Shown: positions 39,481-49,616, counted from the first letter of the stretch. The stretch: DNA of 64,000 bases from an uncultured delta proteobacterium (GCA_963772835.1 CAVYYZ010000012.1:64001-128000); one strand, 5' to 3'. The notes: generated from the letters alone by a model not told the origin. Translations and numbers: made by a program.

Positions 39481-40554
39481 CTATGCCAAATCTGGCATGA
39501 TGGTTACTATCGCGCCAAAAAGTTCGTCCAGATCGGCTCTGGTCATGTCGCCCATGTGCGCGATGCGGAAGGTTTGTCCCTTAATCTTTCCATAACCATC
39601 ATCGAAGGCGAAACCGTATTCTCCCAGCGTTCTCTTGAGAGCGGCAAGATCGATCCCCCGGCTGTTTCGGCTGCAGGTCAGTGTCTGTGAACAATAGCGC
39701 AGCTCCGGAAAAAGCTCGAAACCCCGGTTGGTGACCCACTCCCGTACATAGTCGGCAAGGTCTGCGTGACGTGCCCAGCGAGCCTCAAGACCCTCAGCGA
39801 AGATTCTCTCCAACTGTTTGTCCATGGCAAATATCAGTGATATGCACGGAGTCGACGGGGTATTATTCTTGGTGTCATTGGCGGCAAACTCCATATAGTC
39901 GAAGTAATAGCCACGCCCCTCCATCCCGGAAGCCCTCTGCAGCGCCTTTTCGTTAGCGGTAAATACCGTCAGCCCCGGCGGCAGTGCGAAGGCCTTCTGC
40001 ACCCCGAAAATACAACTGTCTATCCCCAATTCATCAACCGGCACATTCAACGCACTCATTGATGAAACCGTATCGACAATAAACATTACGTCAGGAAATT
40101 TTCTCATGACTTCTGCAATTTCCGCCAGAGGCGACATTACACCGGTGGAGGTTTCGTTATGGATCATCGTCATGCTGTCGTATTTACCGGTGGAAAGCGC
40201 CTTTTCGACCGCTTCAGGAGTAACCGGCTGACCCCAGTCAAAGCGGATTGCATCGGCCGGTTTGCCGCAGCGCAACGTAACATCATGCCATTTGTCGGAA
40301 AAAGCTCCGTTACAAAAGTTAGCACAGCGCGTGCCAACCAGATTGCGGATTGCCCCTTCCATGACACCGAAAGCACTGGATGTGGCTAGGAAAACCCGTT
40401 CTTCTGTGTTCAGCACTTTTTTGAGTCCGGCGGTGACTCTGCCATGCAACTCGGCATATTCCTTCATACGATGGCCTATCATCGGCGTACTCATTGCCGT
40501 TAAAACAGCAGGGTGCACTTCAACAGGTCCGGGGATGAATAGTTTTTTATGCAT
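39481..40554 (-). CDS. Class V PLP aminotransferase (serine/alanine-glyoxylate type)
   Basis: LFIPGP, HNETSTG, VDTVSS, QKAFALPPG, FRIAHMG. Confidence 0.9.
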   Translation of the reverse strand: MHKKLFIPGPVEVHPAVLTAMSTPMIGHRMKEYAELHGRVTAGLKKVLNTEERVFLATSSAFGVMEGAIRNLVGTRCANFCNGAFSDKWHDVTLRCGKPADAIRFDWGQPVTPEAVEKALSTGKYDSMTMIHNETSTGVMSPLAEIAEVMRKFPDVMFIVDTVSSMSALNVPVDELGIDSCIFGVQKAFALPPGLTVFTANEKALQRASGMEGRGYYFDYMEFAANDTKNNTPSTPCISLIFAMDKQLERIFAEGLEARWARHADLADYVREWVTNRGFELFPELRYCSQTLTCSRNSRGIDLAALKRTLGEYGFAFDDGYGKIKGQTFRIAHMGDMTRADLDELFGAIVTIMPDLA

Positions 40555-40651
40555 GTCTTGCAACTCCGTTTTTGAGGTGGGTATGAGATGAATGAAAGGA
40601 TAACAAGGCTAACAAATGAAATTTACAAAGTCAACATTCAGTGAAAAAACC

Positions 40652-40685
40652 AAAAAACAGGGCGACAGTGGTGACTGTCGCCCTG
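40652..40685 (-). terminator. Intrinsic terminator after the NrfD-family gene
   Basis: CAGGGCGACAGT/ACTGTCGCCCTG stem with A-run on the + strand. Confidence 0.8.
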
Positions 40686-40710
40686 AAGAGAAATACATTT
40701 GAAACTGCGG

Positions 40711-42006
40711 TCAGTGGGTTGATTCCTCTTTCAGGAAGGCTGGAATAAACATGTTGATAAAATAGAACAGCACAAACGGTGTGACGGCAACCGTGAGGGC
40801 GCCGAAGAGCCCTTCCTTGAAGGTTTCCCAATTATGCGGGATTATCGGCAGGTGATAATCCATGAAACCTGCAAAACTTAAGGAAAACGCCTGACCGCCG
40901 ATAACGACGTTGTAACGCATCATGAAGACACCGAACAGGACCAGAACGGTAGCTACCGTTGTGCGTCGTACCGTTCGCCCCGGCAGTATCATCATAACAA
41001 AAGGAAGCACGTTGCCGATTGCATACTGCAGTACGAATATTTTGACGAAGTCTCGCTCCATAATAACTTCACGCAAAATATCCCAGGATTTGACCTGAGT
41101 GTAGCCGCGGAAGATCAGATCCAGAATTTCGAGGGTCATGGCGGCTATCATGAAATAGAGCAGGTAGTTGGACGAAATCATGACTTCCGTGTGTTTGCTC
41201 GCTTCAAGCTCATCTGCGTCTGGAGCATTGGCATCTTTGGCCCAACGTGCCATCTTGCTTCTGGCCATGTACTTGCGGATTTCCTGAACGATTACGTAAG
41301 TCAGGATACAGAGAGCAACCCCGGAGACAACCGCCGAGCAGATAAATATTACCGGCATCAACGGGGTCATCCAGAGAGCATTCGCCTTGACAGAGCCGAA
41401 GATGAAGCCGGCGTAGCCGTGCAGGAAACAGGCAACAGGGATTCCGATCCCGGCCATTATTTTGCAGGCTTTATGATCCTTTTCAATGGCCTCGGGACTA
41501 ATATCCCATGCTCCCAAGGTAAATGCCTGGAAAACCACCATGCGGAAACTGTCGACCATACCGCGGTTCTGTTTTGCCATCAGCCCCTGAGCCGTTTGAA
41601 CAAAATATTTGCGGTATACCAGCCATATTTCAGTCGCAACAATCGCGGCGTACGTCAGAAACACGATCCCGAACGCAGAAATCGCCGACGTAAAATGAGG
41701 AGTCATCAGAACATTAATACCCCGAAACGGCTGCTGCAGATGCAGCATCAACGGCATCATGGCCACCGGCAATAGTGCGAATGAGAAAACCAGTGAAAAC
41801 CGGGCGATCTCTTTCAATTTTTCAACGCCGAATACGTGATAGAGGGAGGAGAGTACAAAAGCCCCTGCCACGAGTCCGGTCATAAGTGGGTACATGACGA
41901 TCTGTATCGACCAGTAGATGTATTCATTCGGCAGAGTGAACAACTCCTTGACCGTCCATGCTTCCCCGTGAACTTCCATAGCGTGTTGCGCGATTTGTCC
42001 GACCAT
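40711..42006 (-). CDS. NrfD/PsrC-family quinol oxidoreductase membrane subunit (CbcU-like)
   Basis: W..QIVMYP.MTGLVAG, LHLQQPFR, LHGYAGFIF, RYNVVIGGQ. Confidence 0.85.
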   Translation of the reverse strand: MVGQIAQHAMEVHGEAWTVKELFTLPNEYIYWSIQIVMYPLMTGLVAGAFVLSSLYHVFGVEKLKEIARFSLVFSFALLPVAMMPLMLHLQQPFRGINVLMTPHFTSAISAFGIVFLTYAAIVATEIWLVYRKYFVQTAQGLMAKQNRGMVDSFRMVVFQAFTLGAWDISPEAIEKDHKACKIMAGIGIPVACFLHGYAGFIFGSVKANALWMTPLMPVIFICSAVVSGVALCILTYVIVQEIRKYMARSKMARWAKDANAPDADELEASKHTEVMISSNYLLYFMIAAMTLEILDLIFRGYTQVKSWDILREVIMERDFVKIFVLQYAIGNVLPFVMMILPGRTVRRTTVATVLVLFGVFMMRYNVVIGGQAFSLSFAGFMDYHLPIIPHNWETFKEGLFGALTVAVTPFVLFYFINMFIPAFLKEESTH

Positions 42007-42008
42007 GG

Positions 42009-42782
42009 CTAACGCACCTCCTGGGCAAGCCCTATGTAGAAGGCCTGAGGCTTTGTTCCGAATTCGTCTTTAAGTACCCCGACACGCTCATTCATGATGA
42101 TTTTGGTAATGGGATCGTTTTTATCGTGAATATTACCCATCTTACGGGCGCCGAAGGGGCAGGCGTTGACACATGCCGAGTCCAGCCCTTTACTGAGGCG
42201 ATGATAGCAGAAGGTGCACTTGTCAGCGACATTATACACCGGGTGGAAAAAACGGGCGCCGTACGGGCACGCCATAATGCAATAACCGCATCCGATACAC
42301 CACGTCCGGTCAACCAGAACGACTCCATCATCCGTTTTATACGTAGCCCCGACCGGGCAGACCTGCGTACAGGCGGGGGACGAGCAGTGATTGCAGAGCT
42401 TGGGGACAAAGAACGCCTTACCCACATTTTCCTTATCAATTTCCTTGAACTCACCCCGGCCAAGATCGATGCGGGATTCAGTGTACCCGTAAAGTGCACC
42501 ATCAGGGCTGTCTACGTACCGCTTGTCATCTTTCGTGTATACGTATCTCTCCACCCAGGTCCGGGTGACATGAGCGTCAAAGGGAATATCATTCTCGGTC
42601 TTGCACGCTTTTACGCAAAATCCGCAACCGACGCACTTGTTGGTATCAACCAGGAACGCCCACTGGATATCGGGATTGTCAGCGAACACCTTTTTGGGGT
42701 CGATCAGCGTCAGGGCCGAAACGGGCACTGATGCACCGACAACGACCAGAATACATTTCTGCAGAAATTCTCGCCTCTCCAT
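42009..42782 (-). CDS. Tat-exported NrfC-type 4x[4Fe-4S] protein (CbcT-like)
   Basis: ERREFL Tat signal; CVGCGFC...C, CNHC..P.C..VCP, CIGCGYC..ACP, KCTFC..R. Confidence 0.9.
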   Translation of the reverse strand: MERREFLQKCILVVVGASVPVSALTLIDPKKVFADNPDIQWAFLVDTNKCVGCGFCVKACKTENDIPFDAHVTRTWVERYVYTKDDKRYVDSPDGALYGYTESRIDLGRGEFKEIDKENVGKAFFVPKLCNHCSSPACTQVCPVGATYKTDDGVVLVDRTWCIGCGYCIMACPYGARFFHPVYNVADKCTFCYHRLSKGLDSACVNACPFGARKMGNIHDKNDPITKIIMNERVGVLKDEFGTKPQAFYIGLAQEVR

Positions 42783-43273
42783 TATTTCATTCCCTCCAGA
42801 CTGGGATTATGCGGATTGTGACATTTGACGCACTCTAAACCGGTGTTGTGGGTCTTGGGGTTGATGCCGGGTATACGGTGCCGCTCACTTGTCGTATAGG
42901 GGAGATCAGTGTGACAGCGGAGGCAAAGCCCACGGCTGCGGTCGATCGTCAGCTTCTCGGGGTTTTCAGGGTGGTTCATGGCCGGCCCGTGACAGTCTTC
43001 ACAGGGGATTATACCGTGAAGCTTCTCCGAACGGAGCTTGACGATGGCGCCATGACATGCACTACAGTATTCATGCATTCTCTCACGGCCTGAAGTGCCG
43101 TATTTCGCCGCTTGATTCTTCCACTCCATCTCGTTCGACTTACGGTGGAAAGAGTACATGAAACCCCTCTTCCCCGAACCGAAGTCGTTCGGAACATAGA
43201 AGAAGCGAAAGACCAGTAACGCAACGACAAATGCAATGACCACGTACAGTGGTCGCCAGACATGACTTTTCAC
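42782..43273 (-). CDS. Membrane-anchored tetraheme cytochrome c (CbcS-like)
   Basis: Four CxxCH (CSACH, CEDCH, CLRCH, CVKCH), N-terminal TM; GTG start inferred. Confidence 0.85.
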   Translation of the reverse strand: MKSHVWRPLYVVIAFVVALLVFRFFYVPNDFGSGKRGFMYSFHRKSNEMEWKNQAAKYGTSGRERMHEYCSACHGAIVKLRSEKLHGIIPCEDCHGPAMNHPENPEKLTIDRSRGLCLRCHTDLPYTTSERHRIPGINPKTHNTGLECVKCHNPHNPSLEGMK

Positions 43274-43466
43274 TCTCTCTCCCTCTTGCCATAACAAAAT
43301 TGGCTGCTGAAATTACCTAAAAAGAACCCTGCCGGTAAAGCACGGCCGAAAATAGAACGATATTTGTATCCATGTCAACAACTAATTCAGCATTTGAAGC
43401 GAAACTATTCCATTATTTCAATGATGGCGGGGCGATTCAGTGCGACAGAATAAAACGTTCATACTG

Positions 43467-44774
43467 TTACACAGCAGTTTCGGAATCGGGGCCAATCAAC
43501 TCCGGCCTCTGCTCCGGGTGCTGCTGTACCAGGAACAGCTGATCGCCAATGAAGGAGGTGACACCATCGTCGGCGACATGGAAATCCCCGTTCATGATCG
43601 GTATGGCAACTCGCAGCAGCATGGTGAAAACAAACAGACCGGTGGCCCAGATACCCATTGAGAGGAGCAGTTCGATTCCAGATGGCGCGTACTCATAAAT
43701 TTCGTGCAATACATCAGGAATAAAACCGGGTATTACCAATCCCATTCCCTTCTCGATATACACACCGATGAAAACAAGAATGCACCCCATTATCAGGGTA
43801 ACATTATTCCTGCGTGTTGCCGGGTTCAGGAAGAGAATAAAAGCGGTGACATTAAAGATCATCGCCGTCCAGATCCAGGGGACCAGAGCTGAATGGCCGT
43901 GCAGCCCCTGGAAAAGATACTGAAAGGAGTCCAAATGGACTGTATCGGTATAATATTCCTTGAATAGTTCTGATCCGAGCAGGAGCAGATTTATGAACAT
44001 GGCGTACGCAATTATTTCTGCGATCTTCTGTATGGCCTCGTCTTCGATTTTGAATTTTGTGTATTTCCGTATCAGGAAAAAAATAATTATCATGAAAGCC
44101 GGCCCGGAACAAAAAGCCGAGGCAAGAAAACGAGGAACGAGGATTGAGGAATTCCAGAAGGGCCGTGCCCCGAGACCGTTGTAGAGGAAAGCGGTCACGG
44201 TGTGGATCGATATTGCCGAAGGAATCGAAAGTAAAAGAAGCGGGGTGGTGAACTTTTTGTTTGGTTCCCGTTTGTAGTAACGGTTGTAAAGAATATAAAC
44301 CGACACCGTAAGATTTATGATCAAATAAGTATTGAGCACCACCACGTCCCATGCCAGAAGCGACTGGGGGAAGTTGAGAAGACCGACCTTGGGAATCAGG
44401 TGCCAGAAGCGCTCAGGGTGTCCGATATCCACCGTAACAAACATCAGGCACATGACAATTGCCGATACGGCCAGCAATTCACCCAGAACAGCGATCTCTT
44501 TGATCGGCTTCCAGTGGTAGACATAGGCCGGAATAACGAGTAACACCGCCGCCGCCGCAACACCGACAAGAAATGTGAAGTTGGAGATGTAAAAGCCCCA
44601 GGAGACCTGATCCCTCATGTTTGTTACGATGAGTCCTTCATTCAGCTGCTGCACGTACGCATATGCACCGATTGCCATCAACCCCAAGAGGAAAATAACC
44701 CAGCAGTAGTAGGCCTTGCTCCCCTTGGAAATCAGCACCATCGTGCCCATATAAAAGTGCCAGATGTTTTTCAT
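43467..44774 (-). CDS. Second NrfD-family membrane subunit (DsrP/QrcD-like)
   Basis: VSWGFYISNFTFLVGVAAAA, DIGHPERFWH, SIHTVTAFL, PRFLASAF. Confidence 0.85.
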   Translation of the reverse strand: MKNIWHFYMGTMVLISKGSKAYYCWVIFLLGLMAIGAYAYVQQLNEGLIVTNMRDQVSWGFYISNFTFLVGVAAAAVLLVIPAYVYHWKPIKEIAVLGELLAVSAIVMCLMFVTVDIGHPERFWHLIPKVGLLNFPQSLLAWDVVVLNTYLIINLTVSVYILYNRYYKREPNKKFTTPLLLLSIPSAISIHTVTAFLYNGLGARPFWNSSILVPRFLASAFCSGPAFMIIIFFLIRKYTKFKIEDEAIQKIAEIIAYAMFINLLLLGSELFKEYYTDTVHLDSFQYLFQGLHGHSALVPWIWTAMIFNVTAFILFLNPATRRNNVTLIMGCILVFIGVYIEKGMGLVIPGFIPDVLHEIYEYAPSGIELLLSMGIWATGLFVFTMLLRVAIPIMNGDFHVADDGVTSFIGDQLFLVQQHPEQRPELIGPDSETAV

Positions 44775-44794
44775 GGTTGCTCCCTGACGACGAA

Positions 44795-45721
44795 TTAGGT
44801 TGCGTAGAAATAGTAGAACTTGGGCTGCGTGTTCAGATCTTCCTTGAAGATGAAGACACGTTTGTTCTCTATCAGGTAGCGGATCTCACTTTCGGGGTCG
44901 AGAAGATTGCCGAACTTGCGGGCTCCGACCGGGCAGATCTCCTCGCAGGCAGGGTAACGGCCCGGCTGCTCACGAGTCCGCTGAACACAGAACGTACATT
45001 TTTCTACAACCCCTTTCGGACGGGGGCGATTGCCGAGATAATGAGTGTTGGGATTGATCTCAGCAGAAGGGATTGACGGTTTGGCCCAGTTAAAGTGCCG
45101 AGCACCGTAGGGGCAGGCGGCCATGCAGTATCGGCAACCGATGCACCAGTTATAATCGACAACGACAATCCCATCGTTTTCCTTCCAGGTCGCTTGAACC
45201 GGACAGACCTTGGTGCAGGGTGGATTTTCGCACTGCTGGCACTGAACTGGCATGTAGAAGTGCCCTTTTTCGGGGACTGTAGCCGGATTATAGTAATGCT
45301 CGGCTTGTGACAGGTCGACACCCTTTTCCTTGTTCAACTGTATGACCCGGATCCACTGAATTTGAGGGGTGCGCGACTGGTTATTTTCTTTAACACAGGC
45401 ATAGACGCAACGGCGACACCCGATACAACGGGAGAGATCAAGACCGTACCCGTAGCGGACACCTTCAATCGGCGGAGTTGTCTTGACGGTGACCTGCTTG
45501 CCGTACTGTTTACTGTAATCCTTTTCCAGGCGAGAGATTACCCCCTTGAGCTCGTCTTTTGAGAGTTCACGAAAATGTTTCTGGAAAAATTCCTCCCAGA
45601 CGGATGCAGAGGCATCTCTGCCTGGCATGGCAAGAAGGCCGATACCCGCCGCCAGGCCTTTCAACACTTTGCGACGGGACTTATGCAGAACGTGATCATC
45701 ACATTGTTTTGTATCTGACAT
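44795..45721 (-). CDS. Second Tat-exported NrfC-type [4Fe-4S] protein
   Basis: SRRKVLK Tat signal; CIGCRRC, CQQCENPPC..VCP, CIGCRYCMAACP, EKCTFC. Confidence 0.9.
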   Translation of the reverse strand: MSDTKQCDDHVLHKSRRKVLKGLAAGIGLLAMPGRDASASVWEEFFQKHFRELSKDELKGVISRLEKDYSKQYGKQVTVKTTPPIEGVRYGYGLDLSRCIGCRRCVYACVKENNQSRTPQIQWIRVIQLNKEKGVDLSQAEHYYNPATVPEKGHFYMPVQCQQCENPPCTKVCPVQATWKENDGIVVVDYNWCIGCRYCMAACPYGARHFNWAKPSIPSAEINPNTHYLGNRPRPKGVVEKCTFCVQRTREQPGRYPACEEICPVGARKFGNLLDPESEIRYLIENKRVFIFKEDLNTQPKFYYFYAT

Positions 45722-45760
45722 GAATCGTGCTCCCCGGTGTACGAAATATTTCTTCCTGTT

Positions 45761-46378
45761 TCAGTGGCCGGCTTTTCCCGGCCGGTCGGGCGGCGGAAGG
45801 GGTTTCAGCGCTTTAAACTTCGGATCGTGCGGATTATGGCAGTGGACACAGAGCAGATACTGTTTGTCACCGTTCCAGAAACCGGTCCTCTTGCCGTGAA
45901 CCCCCACCTTCCAGTCGCGAAACTTGTCACCATGGCATTGACCGCACAACCGGTACGACGCTTCGAAATCAATCAGTTCACCGGATACCAGCCGAAGCTT
46001 GTCCCGATTCACAAGGTTGTGACAATCCGTACACCAGCGCTGTCCTTCGGCATGATGAAGCACTATTTCAGTATGATATTCGGTAAGTACCCTGCGCTGA
46101 GGGTTGGGCTTCATATAGGAATGACACTGGGAACAGGGAAATATGCCTTCTGTAAAGGGCGGTCGGGGAACTGCAAAAATTTTATCTTTCGGACGATTTT
46201 TTATGTCGTAAACAGCTTGCGGTTGCTGTTCTGCCGCGGACATCTCCGTAACTGTCAGTTTCCCCGAACGGTCAAACTCTTTTACCCTGATGGCATGCAC
46301 CAGCTCCGCGGTCAGAAACACAACTGAAACCATGGCGAATAAAACTAACTTGGGACGAGCAAAACAAAGTATTTTCAT
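45761..46378 (-). CDS. Tetraheme cytochrome c
   Basis: CSQCH, CTDCH, CGQCH, CVHCH; signal/TM segment; GAGG SD before ATG 46378. Confidence 0.87.
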   Translation of the reverse strand: MKILCFARPKLVLFAMVSVVFLTAELVHAIRVKEFDRSGKLTVTEMSAAEQQPQAVYDIKNRPKDKIFAVPRPPFTEGIFPCSQCHSYMKPNPQRRVLTEYHTEIVLHHAEGQRWCTDCHNLVNRDKLRLVSGELIDFEASYRLCGQCHGDKFRDWKVGVHGKRTGFWNGDKQYLLCVHCHNPHDPKFKALKPLPPPDRPGKAGH

Positions 46379-46785
46379 CTCAACCTCAATGTTGTCTAAC
46401 AGGGCATAGTTTACCGGATATATCGTCTTTTGTATTTCAGTGATATGAAAGTCAAGACCTTTTGTCAATACAAAAACATTTTTAAATAACACGGTTTGTC
46501 AAGGGGCGTTATGGCTGTAAATATCTATCGTGCAAGGGACTTGAATACTGCTAAAGTCAGGTGGATGTTCATCTGCATCGGTTGATTATTATTGCAAATA
46601 ACCTTATAGGGAGTATATCTGACCATAATTGAAATGCTTGCAGGGTATTTCCGCAACGGATAAAGACGTGATTTGCCCGGATATCCGGTTTTCACCCGGA
46701 GAGGGCGAGTCCGACTCGGTCTGGGAACCGGATATCAAGACTGTAACAGAATTGAATGCCTTGCATGAAATAAAGGAGGGTTTGT

Positions 46786-47103
46786 ATGAGCCGGATTACG
46801 ACAGGTGTGGTTGCGGTGGTCGCTGTTCTTTTTGCGGGCTCTGTCCAGGCGATCCAACCCGGAAAAACCGTAACGTGGGACACTCCCATGGGCAAAGTTG
46901 TCTTCAATGGGAAAAATCATGCTGATGCAAAAGTTAAATGCCTGGACTGCCATTCCAAGATCTTTAAAATGAAGAAGGGGTCATCCAAGTTTAAAATGGC
47001 TGATATAAATGCGGGAAAATTTTGCGGGAAATGTCATAATGGCACGCGGGCATTTGCTTCAAACGACAAGGACAATTGCGAAATCTGTCACAAAAAAAAG
47101 TGA
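46786..47103 (+). CDS. Periplasmic triheme cytochrome c, single c7-type domain
   Basis: Signal peptide; CLDCH, CGKCH, CEICH; conserved Met (FKMADI). Confidence 0.88.
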   Translation: MSRITTGVVAVVAVLFAGSVQAIQPGKTVTWDTPMGKVVFNGKNHADAKVKCLDCHSKIFKMKKGSSKFKMADINAGKFCGKCHNGTRAFASNDKDNCEICHKKK

Positions 47104-47327
47104 CCTCCTCTCTGAACGGGTCAGAATGTATTAAGCAGTACCCGGTAAGTAGAGTTTACACAATACCATCACATTAATTCCCGAGGGTACCACTAAAGAC
47201 GGCGTTTCCCTTTTTTAGCAAGATCCTCCGCGCAAACGCCATCAACGCAGGTAGTGTTTGCACAGTACCGATGAATAACACTCTCCTTAAAACCGCAATC
47301 TCAATTCACAGTATTATCAATTTACAA

Positions 47328-47356
47328 TTGACGATTTCCATATCGATATGTATAGT
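47328..47356 (+). promoter_or_regulatory. Promoter TTGACG-N17-TATAGT with palindrome CATATCGATATG in the spacer
   Basis: Near-consensus hexamers with extended -10 TG, upstream of the dodecaheme gene. Confidence 0.6.
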
Positions 47357-47402
47357 TCACCACTTGTATACGTTGTTTATTTTACACAGAGGAGTCGGGG
47401 CA

Positions 47403-48428
47403 ATGCGAAAATTACTGGTACTTACATCCCTCGTGCTTTTACTTCTGACTGCTGCCATCTGCGGGGCGGCCGAGTACAAGGATGTCACCTTTACATTTAA
47501 AAATGCCGGGCCGGTCGTCTTCAGCCATGAATTCCATCTGAAAAAGTACTTTAATAACTGTAAAATCTGCCACAATGCGATTTACAACCTGAAAAACAAA
47601 AAACGCTTCACTATGGCTGAAATGGAGAAGACTAAATCCTGCGGTGGATGCCATAGTGGTGTCAAGGCATTCAGCGTCGCCAGCGAGCAGGACTGTTCCC
47701 GCTGTCACAGCGGCAAACCGAGGGATGTTACATTCGCGGTAAGAGGTGTTGCCAATGCCGTATTCAGCCACTCCACCCACATAGCCAAAACCGGCGGCGC
47801 CTGCAAAGGGTGTCACAACGGCATTGTTATAACCGGCAAGGAAAAAACGGTGACCATGGCAGAAATGGAAAAAGGGCGGACCTGCGGCGCATGCCACAAT
47901 GGAAAACGCGCCTTTGACGTTTCTGCCAACTGTGACCGCTGCCACAAGGGGCTTAAACCTAAAGAGGTAACTTTCAACCTGAAAGGGGTGGCCGCTGCCA
48001 CTTTCAGCCATGAATTCCATACCCAGGCATTCAGCTGCAAAGAGTGCCACACCAAAACATTTCCGTACAAAGCCGTTGTCGGCAAAGCGACCATGGATGA
48101 TATGGGTAAAGGGAAGTCCTGTGGAATCTGTCACAACGGTAAGGATGCTTTTGCTTCATCAGGTGATTGTGGAAAATGCCATAAGGGGTTGAAGCCTCCG
48201 ATCGTCAAATTCAAGACTGATGGCGGTGAGGCAACTTTCAGTCACGAATTTCATCTGCAAAACTACAAATGTTCCGATTGCCACACCAAGATATTTCCAT
48301 TCAAGGCCGGAGCTTTAAAAGCAACAATGAGCGACATGGAGTCCGGCAAATCGTGCGGCGCATGCCACAACAAGGGCAAGGATGCCTTCCCGGTACAGGA
48401 TGATTGTGGCAAGTGCCACAAAATGTAG
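47403..48428 (+). CDS. Dodecaheme cytochrome c of four c7-type domains (GSU1996-like)
   Basis: Twelve CxxCH in four repeats of FSH..H / TM..M..G..CG.CH; GAGGAG SD. Confidence 0.92.
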   Translation: MRKLLVLTSLVLLLLTAAICGAAEYKDVTFTFKNAGPVVFSHEFHLKKYFNNCKICHNAIYNLKNKKRFTMAEMEKTKSCGGCHSGVKAFSVASEQDCSRCHSGKPRDVTFAVRGVANAVFSHSTHIAKTGGACKGCHNGIVITGKEKTVTMAEMEKGRTCGACHNGKRAFDVSANCDRCHKGLKPKEVTFNLKGVAAATFSHEFHTQAFSCKECHTKTFPYKAVVGKATMDDMGKGKSCGICHNGKDAFASSGDCGKCHKGLKPPIVKFKTDGGEATFSHEFHLQNYKCSDCHTKIFPFKAGALKATMSDMESGKSCGACHNKGKDAFPVQDDCGKCHKM

Positions 48429-48451
48429 ATGTGACAAAAAACAGTCTTCGT

Positions 48452-48506
48452 TTAAAAGTCAGTCAGGGGCGGAGGGCATCTGCTTTCGCCCCTGACTGAC
48501 TTTTAA
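48452..48506. terminator. Long inverted repeat / terminator after the dodecaheme gene
   Basis: TTAAAAGTCAGTCAGGGGCG / CGCCCCTGACTGACTTTTAA 20-bp stem. Confidence 0.8.
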
Positions 48507-48559
48507 GCGCAGCAAGAGCAATCTGGACTTTTCGCCGGATACAGGCATCAGGACCGCAT

Positions 48560-48871
48560 ATGAAAATAATGTCACTCATAATTCTGGTACTGCTCTTGCT
48601 CCAGCCGTTTGCATGTTTTGCCCATCCGTGTGATTCATTTCAAGACATCCCTCATTCCGCTGATACTTCAGGCCAATCGGGAAGCCATACTCCCGGCCAT
48701 GATGATGACGGATGTGACTCGACAGTATGCTGTGCTGAATATGTACATCTTGACTCCGGAATCACGATCATCTATGCGCCGCTTGTTTCCGTAAACAATC
48801 TGCCCGTGCCGTATCAAAAGCTGCCGCCGGTGGTCATCCCAATATTTATCCCCCCGCAAAATCTCGCCTGA
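48560..48871 (+). CDS. Small exported His/Cys-rich protein with Pro-rich C-terminus (DUF2946-like)
   Basis: Signal peptide, HPCD, H-rich linker, CDSTVCC, C-terminal IFIPPQ. Confidence 0.65.
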   Translation: MKIMSLIILVLLLLQPFACFAHPCDSFQDIPHSADTSGQSGSHTPGHDDDGCDSTVCCAEYVHLDSGITIIYAPLVSVNNLPVPYQKLPPVVIPIFIPPQNLA

Positions 48872-48998
48872 ACGAACTCCGAGACTCTACACCCGTAACA
48901 ATCCAGACAAAGCAGTTTCCAAGTAAAATAGCATTTCGAATGATTTTAGAAAAAATGTACGGTGCATATGCGCCCTGTAACTTTTTTTGTGCAGGCAG

Positions 48999-49026
48999 TT
49001 GTACTTTTCCGTCTAGCTGGTAGCAT
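48999..49026 (+). promoter_or_regulatory. Promoter TTGTAC-N16-TAGCAT (extended -10) upstream of the ppc gene
   Basis: Near-copy of the element at 49589-49616. Confidence 0.55.
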
Positions 49027-49207
49027 TAGACAGACGGTCTACATAATAACACTGAATTAAGGCGCCAGACCGGTGAGTAGTGCGGCATCTGTGTATTATT
49101 TCGCAGATTTCATCTCTCCGGTACAGGCGGGAACATGGAACAATATCTGTAAAGTAGCATTACTTACTGCACACCTGTGCAGACACCCAGAATAAAGGAG
49201 AACTCGC

Positions 49208-49474
49208 ATGAAAAAAATGATCATCGTTGTACTGTCCGTAACCGTTTTTGCTGGATCTGCGTTTGCCGCTGACGTAATGGAGATGAAAAAGGGAGTTACC
49301 TTCAAACATAAGGCACATGCCGAGGCGCTTAAAGATTGCACAAAGTGCCATGAAAAAGCCGAAGGAGGTAAAATTGAGGGTTTCGGAAAGGATTTTGCCC
49401 ACAAGAAGTGCAAAGAGTGCCATAGCGAAATGAAGAAGGGCCCCACAAACTGTAAAGGGTGTCATCCCAAGTAG
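49208..49474 (+). CDS. Periplasmic triheme cytochrome c7 (PpcA family)
   Basis: Signal AFA; VTFKHKAH, CTKCH, GKIEGFGKDFAH, CKECH, KGPTNCKGCH. Confidence 0.95.
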   Translation: MKKMIIVVLSVTVFAGSAFAADVMEMKKGVTFKHKAHAEALKDCTKCHEKAEGGKIEGFGKDFAHKKCKECHSEMKKGPTNCKGCHPK

Positions 49475-49547
49475 CGGCTGTCCCGGCAGTACTTAAAACC
49501 AGGGAGAGGCCTTGCTGGTAACTTTCAGCTGGTAACAGAAAAAACCG

Positions 49548-49580
49548 GGGTGACAGACAGTACCTGTCACCCTTTTTTTT
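49548..49580 (+). terminator. Intrinsic terminator after the ppc gene
   Basis: GGGTGACAG/CTGTCACCC stem plus eight T. Confidence 0.85.
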
Positions 49581-49588
49581 GCACACGG

Positions 49589-49616
49589 TTGTGCTTTTTC
49601 ATTTAACTGGTAGCAT
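49589..49616 (+). promoter_or_regulatory. Promoter TTGTGC-N16-TAGCAT upstream of cbcL
   Basis: Near-copy of the element at 48999-49026. Confidence 0.55.
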
